This document shows positions 38,993 to 50,730 of a stretch of DNA of 64,000 bases, piece after piece (position 1 is the first letter of the stretch; every line of letters starts with the position of its first letter). The position numbers and the translations under genes are program-made. The notes below the pieces were generated by a model. It was not told the DNA's origin, did not search any database, and was given only the letters and a program-made list of their open reading frames with translations. Source of the DNA: Nymphaea colorata (Eukaryota); the NCBI RefSeq assembly GCF_008831285.2, contig NC_045138.2, forward strand, positions 42,346,001-42,410,000, read 5' to 3'.

Positions 38993-41125
38993 TTCATGAA
39001 GCATGTCTTTGTGTACAATTTACAAAATTAAGTTTTTATTTGATTTTTTACAAAAATAGGTGGCTAGTTGTAATATGATAAAATTAAAGTGGTTATTTGT
39101 AAAATTGAGCAATTACATTGTCCTAAAAGCCATTTGGCAAATTTTTAAACCTCATCCTTCTTATATAAAAGGTGATTGTTCTTTTTCTGTTACCTCATTT
39201 TGGCTTGAACGTAATACATCATAAATTGAAGAAAAAACTCAAGCGCTTGCTTGATGAAAACCATTAAGATAATGAGAAAAGTATTTCCACTTTCATCTGA
39301 CCTTCATACAGATACAAAAGCATTCATTTTGCTTTTCAACATGAGCGTAAAAGCACTACACACAATATCCATACAAATTATCTCTAAATAGAATATTACT
39401 CATGATTGCAAGTCCATGCTATCAAAATGTTATGCATTGGTTTCAAGATTATAATTTGTTATGCAATAAATCTGCTTCTTTCTCTATGATATCAACATTT
39501 TGTGTATTCTCATTAGTGTCGTTGAATTTATTTGGAATCAGTTTTAATTATTTTTATATTTCATGTAATTTAAACATTAAACAATATAGCGATCAAATTT
39601 TTGCACTAAATTAATTATTTAGTCGGTCAGAACAATTAACCTTTTAACATTTTGACACATTTTCTCCTTTTTCACTTGCAAAATTTGTTTCTCCACGGGT
39701 TCGACCACTCATGTTCGAACAATTATGTACGTTTCACCTTTTCCCTTTGAAAATGTCTTTTATATTTTCGGTTGTTCCACTAAATATAGGTTAATTTCTG
39801 TTTACGAGGTTGAACAAAACAAATGAATTCATCTCTGATCGTGCTCTCTACATCTTTAGAATATTTAATTGCAATAACAATAAATTAATCAAGTTCCTTA
39901 CCTGCAAATTGTCAGAGAGTTTTTCTTCCATGGCTAATATCAATTAAATTATCATTTTCATTTCAACGGATTTGCAATCACTATTACTCCTTAAAATTAG
40001 TCTGGTATTATATTACTTTATACGAAGTGCCTCCAACTCCACTCTAAATGATTCAATTCTTACAATTTTTTCGACTGCAAATAAACCTATCCATCAGTAT
40101 ATAAACTGTGTTTTTCCTTTCATTTGTAGGCTTATCTCATGATAATCTTAATCATATTTTACAAGTACAGTTTCATGAGCATTTTGACTCAAAGTATCTA
40201 TGATACGCCACCTCCCTTATGTAAGAGCTCAAAAACACTTTTATTGGAAGCATCCATTCTCCTTGTTGTCTTTAAAAGGAAAAAAACTCAAATATGAAAC
40301 AAATTACTAAATGTCATTAGGATTATATATTATCACTTGAAAAAAAAAGAATTAGATGGTCTCGTATACACACCAAAAAACAAAAGATAAAATGACTAAC
40401 AAAAGATTCTTTTTTCTGAAAAACAAGATAGTCAACTCTCAATATAGACTTTAAATGCTACTGTTTAATGAGGGGCTTCTTCCTGTAATTTTTCTTACAC
40501 ACAGAACATACTATTTAGCCTATTTTTACATAAACCTCATAATCAATGATGAAGCTTTCATGATCTTATTTAACAAATACTTCTAATTATTCAAAGCTGA
40601 TATAACTTTTACATTTATCAGAACACCAATTATGAAACATAGCATCTTCATGTGTAATAACTTTTACATTATGTCTATGTGTAAACTATAAAGTTTATTA
40701 TAAGAAACTTCATGTTATCTCGTTCATTGTTTTTATCATGTTTATCAAGGGTTGATTTTTTCGATACCGGACATTCTTGATTAGTTGCATACGAAAAGCA
40801 GAAAAGTTCCTACGTTTTTAAAGAAGAACAGCACTTTGAAAATGTAGAGATAGAAACTGTTTGACGTCCGACGGCGAACCGTTTGGTTTTGTAAAACGTC
40901 TCGCCTCATATTCCGAGTCACGGATATTTACAGAACTGGCCGGATCAGCGGAAGTGTCGTTCCTCCGGCCGGTTGGATTTAATTTGGGTTAGGATCCTTA
41001 AATCTGGTGCGACCCGAACCGAACCCGTGAGGTATGTCACCAATATTGGCCGGCCTTGCGTGGGCGGAGGTGGTGGAAATTTGCCATGCACTACACAACA
41101 GGACCAAACCAGCTGGCGCAACCAA

Positions 41126-41151
41126 CTCTCTCTCTCTCTCTCTCTCTCTCT
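41126..41151 (+). promoter_or_regulatory. (CT)13 tract, likely near the fimbrin TSS / 5' UTR
   Basis: CT repeat just after a CpG-rich stretch (40850-41120), about 480 bp upstream of the ATG. Confidence 0.5.
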
Positions 41152-41629
41152 AGAGAGCTTGAATTTCTCAACGATTGATTTCCTTATTTAGTTTGCTACT
41201 CTCGATCTTTCGCATTTTCCCTTTTTTCGGGTCTTCTCTTGCTTACCTTAATAACGTAGAAGAAAGAGAGTGAATTTCGAGACAGTAAATTCTCTTCTTT
41301 TCTGTACTATATTGTTTCTTTTTTCTTTTTTACTTTTATTTTTGTTGGTTGGGTTCGTGAAAAATGAAAATGGGGGGATCTTTGTTCACGGAAGATCCTT
41401 GCCCGTGATCTCATTCCCCTGTCACCACGGTTGCACGTTGGGATCCTTGAGTTATGTACAATTCATGGGAAGGAACCATTTCTGTTTTCTTCATGAAGTT
41501 TTTGAGATAGAAGAATTAGTTGCTTGTCTTTAGTTTCTGGTTTTGTCGTTTTTTCCTGGATTGTCTTCTTCTTCTTTTGCTTTGTCGCCCTTGGTGGTGG
41601 TGGTAGATCTCTGCAAGAGAGCGAAAACT

Positions 41630-41716
41630 ATGTCCAGTTTCGTAGGCGTTCTTGTTTCGGATCAATGGCTCCAGAGTCAGTTTACTCAGGTGGAGCTGCG
41701 CGTGCTAAAGTCCAAG
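41630..41716 (+). CDS. FIM: Fimbrin coding exon 1
   Basis: [29 protein letters not shown]|gtaag. Confidence 0.95.
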
Positions 41717-44700
41717 GTAAGGTGTTTTGTTTTTTCTTTTCTTCATGCCTCCTTTGATGAATTAGAACTGAAATGAACTGCGTGGCGATTGCTTAATACT
41801 TTGCCTGTTAATTGTGATTGAATTATAAGCTGTGGTTGTGTGGGTTTAGTTCCTTTCTATGAGGAAGGGATCGGGACATGTTGCTCTTGCGGATTTGCCT
41901 GCTAACATGGCTAAGCTCAAGCGTCTCAGCGACATATTGACCGAGGAGGAAATCTCTGGCTTCCTAGCTGACACTTATCCAGACACGGAGACTGAAATCG
42001 ATTTCGAAGCATTTCTTCGGGTTGGTTGATTAATTCTCCTTGCTGCAACCGACAATTGATTATATGAATGAGCACTCTTAGCTCGCAATTACTCTTCCAT
42101 ACATGTTTACATTTCTTTTGGCATTGCATATGATTGAGGAAGTATGATCTTATCTTTAATCTAGAAAAAGTTTATAGACGCTTTTGTACAAGCTTGGATT
42201 GGACAATGGTTGAAGTGGGGGGGGTTACTTTGAGCTGAGGAGATCTGACAATGTCAAATATGTTCCAGGTTTACTTGAATATGTTATCTCGTGCTAATGA
42301 AAAAGTGGGTGATGCTAAGCATGCATCTGCGTTTCTCAAGAATGCGACCACAACGCTTTTGCATACAATTAGTGAACCTGAGAAGTCATCATACGTTGCC
42401 CACATCAATAGCTACCTCGGACAAGATGCATTTTTGAAGAAATACCTGCCCATTGATCCTTCCACCAATGACCTTTTCGAGCTTGCCAAGGATGGTGTTC
42501 TTCTCTGGTATGCTTATCCACATTGTTGAATTCTTCTCCATGTCAGTCCTGCGCCTACTTCAAATGGGTGAATGTAGTATTTCTGATTGAGTTCATGATC
42601 CTGATACAGTAAATTGATTAATGTTGCCGTGCCTGGCACCATTGATGAGAGGGCAATTAACACCAAAAGTATACTTAATCCCTGGGAGAGGAATGAGAAC
42701 CATACACTTTGCCTCAACTCTGCAAAGGCTATTGGGTGTACTGTCGTAAACATTGGCACCCAAGATCTGGTTGAGGGAAGGGTAGGTGAGACTAAACTAC
42801 AGTATCCATTTAGTATATGAGTTGTTGTTTCTTTGGTTAACATCTATTGATAATCCAGAAAACATGCTTTTCCGTTGTCGTAAATGCTTCACCATGTCTA
42901 TTCTTTTCCTCTTTTTCCCCAGTCTGTGAGTTGATAAGTAATGAAGTTGTGCCCGTTTTCAAATGAGGAAGCATCTAATGAAACTATAGTGACAACTGAA
43001 AGCATTCATAGATGATTCTACATTATAATAATTAAATATTCACCTAGTAACGTGCTTTTAAGGAATAGTTCTAGTTCCAAGAAATCAAATGTACATCCAA
43101 ATGAGTAGGTTGACTCTTGCAGATGGTTGAGGAAAGAAACCACATAGCAGTTTAAGGGGCTCAGCTTTGAATTAAATCAACAATAGCATCTTTACCAATT
43201 GAATATTCATAACTTTTCTATATGGCTATGCTAGCTTTTTTCTAAAGTGCGACTATGATTACATATTTTTTCAATTATGAATATACTTCCTGTTTCTTTT
43301 TCATTTCAAGATTTTTCTAATTTTCTGAATTTCCAATGGGTACTGGTTTCCCACCATCTACAGCTATTATTCCCTGTGAAATTATTCTCAAGAAAAGGAT
43401 AGCTACTTGAGTTTCGGAGAATGATTAAAACTGCATATTTTTGGGAACTGAAAACAATTCAAAATCAATTACTCAGTTGTTATAGCATTGAGGTACTATA
43501 AACATCAGTTAGACCATAATGTATGTTTAAAATCCTTGGTTGAAGTGTCTTTCAGTTCTTCTTCAGGGTACATGATTCAGCTCCATTCCTCCCAATCTTG
43601 AAGGTCAGGATATTGCCTTACAAGTGTGTGTTTGTATGGGAGAAATGTTGGTGGAAAGTTTCTCATTTTTTGGTATTCCTAGAAGTCTGCGCCAAAGTAA
43701 TTGCGAAATAGAGGATTTTGTAACTTCAATGAAATTAAGATTCCATTTCAGTAAATTGTGACTACAAATACTATTGGAAAACATATCCTGACCAGCTCTT
43801 AAGAATTTATTATAACTCTGACACCGCTTGGGCTTTCTGCATTTTGCTCAAACAACTAGATTTTACTCTCCATTGGAGTTCTGATTACCAAGAATTCTCA
43901 TTTATATGTTTGATTACACCATAAACATGGAGTTGGTATCTGTTTATGATTTTAAAAGAGGGTTAGCCTCAGTATTTGCTGAAATTATCAGTTGGGCAAA
44001 GATGTCCATGCCAATATAACTCACTCTGGAAAAATCTGTGCTCAAAACCTATGTAGGGTTGGCTGGTGATAAGCTTCTATTGCTTTATTCCTGTCATTTT
44101 GTACCTTGTCCTAAGTTGGGCTCTTTTGATAGGTTAACAGTTGAACGAAGGTCCAAACAGGGTAAATGAGAATAAGTACAGAAGGCACCAATGCAGCCCT
44201 AAACCATGTATGCAAGTGGAAAGTCGGGGATTTAGCTCTTTTCCATGCAGTGGGTCGTAATCTTCTTGCTCATCCGGAAAACAGAATAACTAAAAGATAA
44301 ACAAAGCATTGTGCATATAATAGCTAGATGTGTTATCATTTGTTAAAGTAAAATCAATCACTTTTTCCATGCATTGTTGTTGTGAGACTTTAATGTTGAA
44401 ATATGGAAGAAATCAAGTAAAATTATGTACTTATATAGTTATTTACTTTATGCAGCCCCATCTAGTTCTTGGGTTGATATCACAAATTATCAAGGTATCT
44501 TTTCCATCATTTTGTCCCTGTTTGCACTTGACCTTTGGAAAATATTTTGGAAAAGTTGGTTGCAGTTCAACATTGTTAAATATAGAAGCATGTGATGTGT
44601 TAACTGAACACGATGTCTAATTGCGCTATATTATTTTTTTGCATTTCTTTTACAAAATCCCATCCATAGATACAACTATTGGCAGACCTGAACTTAAAGA

Positions 44701-47700
44701 AGACGCCACAGCTAGTGGAACTGATAGAAGATAGCAAGGTAAGAGTTAGTGAATTAGATGTATTTCTTTTAGATTGTGGATTTGTGCACAGTAATCAGAA
44801 TGGCTCAAACTAGTGGAGTTCAGGTAAGCTATGTGATTAGTTTCTATTCCATTTGACAGGATGTGGAAGAACTCATGAGTTTACCTCCAGAGAAAGTACT
44901 ATTGAGATGGATGAACTTCCATCTTAAAAAGTCTGGCTACAAAAAGAATGTAACAAACTTTTCTTCTGATCTAAAGGTATGGTCAAGCTTGAATGAACGT
45001 GATGTTCAGCTTCATGTGGGTACTGTTACAGTCTATAAGCACATATGTATATCTGTATCCATATGGACATATATGTGTGTATTTGTATGTGCATTTTCAT
45101 GTGCTAATGCTTACTTTTACACAATGGAGAGGATGCTTGCATGTATACAAGAGAGAGAGAGAGAGAGAGATCTGTTCATGTATGTATGCTGGTCATATAA
45201 ATTTAGTTTTATTTGTGTGGGATCTAAAGTTTTTGGTGTCTTACTAGTGTAACAATAGAGAATAATAGATAATATCTTGTGGTGTTTTAATTGGAAAAAC
45301 ATGACAAGTTTATTTTTGAAGGCAAGTTAGTATCAATAAGATGTTGAAACTTGAAAAACATACTTACCAATTAAGGGAAGCATGAAAAAAAGAGACTGAA
45401 TGCAGGAACCGTAACATAATTGAAAGAAAACCCTCATCTCATTACGTTTTAGAAGCTATGAGTTTCCCTGAATTTCCCCATCCTACTAAATTTCTGGTGA
45501 CCCTGGTGTTAGCCTCAAAAAAAAGAAAAGAAAAAAAGAGAGAATATTTTAGCATCTACCAGTGTATAAGAACTTGGTGGATTGATTCGTAAGCTTGCTG
45601 AATCAACATAGATTAGCAGTTTTCAGGTAAAATGAGTGGACAGATTGCAAAATTCATTCCTTGCTGCTGGAGAGAGAGAGAGATAGAAGCCAGACTACAA
45701 GAACCAAGGTTACACTTACAATGTAAAACGTAGTAGAGAAACCTGATATTTTTGAACCCATTCTTCAATCAACCAGTAGGAAGCCACCAACAGTGAGGAG
45801 ACCCAAGAAAAGTAAAAGAAAAGTAAACTGCAGAAGAGAAAGGAGCAGTAAACTTGAATTTTCTTCATATTTTTGGAGATGACTGATGAGATTAAAGTAA
45901 GGAAAAAGCCCAACCTTGACAAACATTGGTATTTGTTTTTAGTTTGGAGAGGACCATGTGGGTTGCAATAAATAAAGAAAAGTATTGAGAGTCCCCACAA
46001 AATGGCCTTGGGGCACCTAAATCGATAATTCATGCCCTACCTGTATCGGTCGCCATATTCCCTGTGAAGCATGCAATATCAGCTATGTTATGACCAGGGA
46101 GAGAGTAAAAATTTCAATTAACTTTACCCTAATCTCAAAGTTAAAAGAGATTAGGGCTGGCGGTAACAAAAATTATAATATCAGTGCAAATAAAATAAGA
46201 TCATCTTTAAAAATACACACTCTAACTTCTTAATATTGCAGAAAGACTCTAGATGACAATTAAAGATATTTAACCCTTCCCCTCAAGCTGGAGCATCGAT
46301 ATCAATCATGCTCAGCTTGTTACATCCTCTCAAGAAGTCGCCTATGAGAAGAGCCTTGGTAAAAATATCAGCTGCCTGATCTTCAGATGAGACATGAATA
46401 GTACTAATTACTCCTTCCTGTACCAAGTCTCGAACTGTTCTAATGCTTGCAAAGATGTGGACCTTGTACTGTAGAAGATACCGTTCAAGGTAGATTTGGA
46501 CGAGACTAGGTGCCGCGCTTGCTGTCGCTCGTAGCTAGCTATTCCGCTGTGCAGGTCACTGCCGGGGTCTACCGAGAGTAGCTCGACAGCGCCCGCCTTG
46601 CGCCTGATGTGGCTCGGCCACGCGCGCCGGGACTGTCGGCGGAGGTGCTGCTGCAGGCCGAGGGAGCTGCCACCTAGTCCAGCTAGGGTGCTGGCCTGAC
46701 CGACAGCTAAACCTAATCCTAGCTAAGGCTGGGTTAGGGCTTGGAATGGAAGAGCTCTATGGGTAGGCTCGGGCAAGGGGAAGAGGAGGTTAAGGAGGGC
46801 TAAGGGAAGTAGGCTTGGTTCGGGATAAGTGGGCTAGGTTAGGATCATAATGACAATCCACTTCAATGTGTTTCGTCCTATCATGGAAAATAGGTTGTTG
46901 GCAATATAGGTGGTTGTCTTGTTATCATAATACATCTTCATTGGGATATTCACCGACATGTCCAAATTTAAAAGCACTGATCTGACCCATGACATTTCAG
47001 CTACAGTTTGAGCCATAGCCCTATATTTAGACTCAACACTATATCGGGCAACCACATTCTGCGTCTTGGTCCTCTAAGATATAATATTACCTCCAACAAA
47101 GACACAAAAACCTGTAGTTGACTTCATGTCATCCACATATCCTGCATAATCAGCACTACTAAAGGCTTCTATGTCAATACATTCTCCCTTTTTGAACCAT
47201 AACCTCTTTCTCATGGCTGATTTTAAGTATCTCACCATCACTAATGCAGCTCCCCAATGAATATTTCAAGGTTTTTTCATGAATTGACTTAGCTTATTTA
47301 CAGCAAAGCTATTGTTAGGCCGAGTGAAGTCAAATATAAAAGTTTCTCTATCAAAGATCTGTATGATCTCATGTCAACAGTCTCTGATTCATCATTATGA
47401 ATATGAACTCGTAGATTCATAGGAAGTGTGGTAGGTTTGGCCCCTGAGAAACTTGTTTCCTACAAATGATCAAGAACGTATTTTTGTTGAGATAATACAA
47501 CCCCTTTACTACTACGAACCACTTCAATACCAAGGAAATAGCAGAGTTAACCAAGATCTTTTGTGACAAAGTGCTTTTGTAGAAACTCATTTGTTTGAGT
47601 TATCTCTTGGTTACATTCCCTGATGAGAACAATATCATCAACATACACAATCAGTATCACTGTAACAGATGTGCCTCGCTTGATGAAAAACGAGTGATTA

Positions 47701-50689
47701 AGTTGAGATCTTTGAAATCCACACTTAGATACAACTTTTGTTAGCTTATAGAACCATGCACGGGGACTCTATTTAAGTCCATAAATAGCTTTTTTGAGTT
47801 TGTATACCTTGGAACACTCCCCATGTCACTCAAAACCAAGTGGCTGCTGCATATATACAGTTTCAGAGAGATCCCCATATAGAAATATATTTTTCACATC
47901 AAGCTGAAATAGAGGCCAATCCCTCTGGACAACAAGAGAGATAATTAGGCGAATAGTGCATAACTGTGCCACAGGAAAAAATGTCTCAAAAAAGTCAATT
48001 CCATAAGTCTATGTATAGCCTTTAGCAACAAGACATGCTTTGAACCTTTTTACTGAACTATCGGAATGATACTTGATGGAGCCAACAATATCGCAATTCA
48101 TCAGTTGATCAATCAAGTTCCAAGTCTCCCTAGAGATCAGAGCATCCTTGTCCTCCTGCATGGCCTGCCTCCACCATGAGTCTGATAAGGCCTGGTGGTG
48201 AGAAGAAGGAATAAGGTGACTAGACATAGCCTGATCAAATTGCACCAAACTCGTACTCACATAGTCAGTAGAAACAGAGTTAGAAATTGGATGCATGGTA
48301 CACTATTGTTGGCCCTTGCGAATAGCAAAGGGAAGATCGTCTACAGGGTAGTCATCACTTATGTCTGAGTCAGTCTTATCAATAGAACTTACCTTGTGGA
48401 AAGACTTTGGTGGACGGTTTGGAGGGAGTCCTTGACGGCAAGAGTAGACTAATGGAGGATCAAGGAAACGATCACATGATATAGGTGGAGAAGAGGGAAT
48501 AGACTTAAGTAACAATGGAGGAATAGGAAGAGGAATAAAAAATGGCATCTCAGACATAGTGGGACTTGGAGAGGAGATGTAAGGATGAGACTCAAAAAAT
48601 GTGACATCCGCACTGATAAAAACTCTTTCTTGGTCTGGGGATCAGAGCACCGACATCCTTTTTGATTGGCAGAGTATCCAATGAATACACATTTGATTGT
48701 TTGGACAACAAGTTTGTTTCTATTTGGGCTTAAAATGTGTACAGAACAAGTGCATCCAAATACTTTGGGAGGTATGTGAAATAACGGTCGATCTGGATAT
48801 AGTATTTAAATGTGAATTCTTTCTTGGATGGCAGACGAAGACAATCGGTTAGTAAAGTAACATGCAGTAAGAATGACATCACCCCAAAAATAGGGGGACA
48901 TATGAGTATGCAACATGAGAGTGCGGGCCACATTTAGGAGTTGCAGATGTTTGCATTCAACGACACTATTTTGTTGCGACGTGTGTGGACAAGTATATTG
49001 TGGTCAAATTCCGTAATCGGTATAAATTGAAGTACTACCGAAGATTTGAATTCAAGAGCGTTATCAGTGCGAATACTTTTGACAATTAAACCAAACTGAG
49101 TTTTTTATTTCCTTGACAAATTTATGAAGAATACAAATGACTTCAGATCTCTCCCTTGACAAGAATACCCAACTGATTTTAGTAATCATCAACCAAAACA
49201 AGATAATACCAAAAAAGAGAACAAACAGCAATCGTGCTAGGACTCCAAACATCCATATGAAGAAGATCAAATGGATTTTGACTAGATGAACTTTGACTTG
49301 AAGGAAAACTGCTTTATGTATGCTTGCCTAATTGGCACACATCACATAGAAAAAACTCTGATGCAAAAAATTCTGAAAACACATGACGAAGTTTGGACAC
49401 ATATAGATGACCCAGTTTGAGATGCCACTACAAAGGAGAGGTCCTCGATGTGAAGGAAGATGCAGCAACATCGATTGGGATAGAAAGAAATAGAGTCCTT
49501 CACGTTCATGGCCACCATCAACCGTCTTCCCAGTTTGTACGTCCTGAAAAGAACATGAACCGGGATAAAAAATGACTCTACACTATAAATCACTAGCCAG
49601 TTTCCTAACAGATAACAAATTAACTAGAAAACGAGAACCATATAGCACATGTGTAATAGTGTCCAAGTGTGAGAGACAAATATCACCACTGCACTTAATG
49701 GGGGACAGCTTGCTATTAGCAAGCCTAACATGTTGTGGTGTGGAGAACTTGATCGATGACAAAAAAATCTGTGGCTGATTACAATAGTGCCTGGATGTTC
49801 CCCTGAATCAATCATCCACATCGTACCTTGGTCATTGGTAAGAGCACTAACAGAGAAGGTCGAGTCCACTACAGCAGTGGCCGAGTCCACTACAGCAGTG
49901 GAGGTAAACGTAGAGGAGGATCTCCGAGTGAGAACAAGATCATATTCATCCTTGCTCAAATTAAGGAATATGAGTTAGGTATAGGAGAACAAGTAGGAGG
50001 CTCGACCATAGATGCTGTAGCTTGTGAGGAAGCTACTTGGGATGGAAATGACCCTTCTCATGCAGTGATCCTACCTCCCTCATGCCTTGGTAGACCAGCT
50101 GAATGGATATGAGGATGCTTATCGCAACATTGGTTCTCTAAATGACCTAATTTGCCACAATAAGTGCATTGAAATCTACTGCAACCTGTACAACGGCCTG
50201 GACCACGTCCCCTAGCTCCAACATAGGAACTATGACCACATCTTCCTGATACCACAAGTGCAAAGACTAGAGTGTCATGTGTAGACTCAGAAAGGGTGAC
50301 CGCAAGATGGCTCAGCCTGTTATATGTATATGCTAAGTTGGGAATATCATTGCCCGTGATAATTTGTGCCTTTTCCATAGAGTACTCTGAAGATAACATA
50401 GAAAGAAACTTTGCCACCATAGCAGATTCAAAGTGTACTGCATAACACTACTGGCAAGGCCCGTGAAGGGCTTTTAACCTTTTATATGCAGCCGTCAATG
50501 TGGCAAAATATTTGGAGAAGTCTTGATCACCTTGCTGTATTTTGTACTATTTCTCTTTCACCTGTAAAATCTTAATAACATTAGTAGCATGAGAATATGT
50601 TTTCTTTAAGGAAGACCACATATCTTTGGCCTTGGTGTACTATGCAATTGTTGGAATTATATGAGACTCCACACGGCAGCATCCACTTT

Positions 50690-50730
<41 letters not shown>

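Noticed and set aside
44821..44829. Strong extra donor cag|gtaagc in fimbrin intron 6
   Set aside because: Only 36 nt from the acceptor, too short for a plausible intron.
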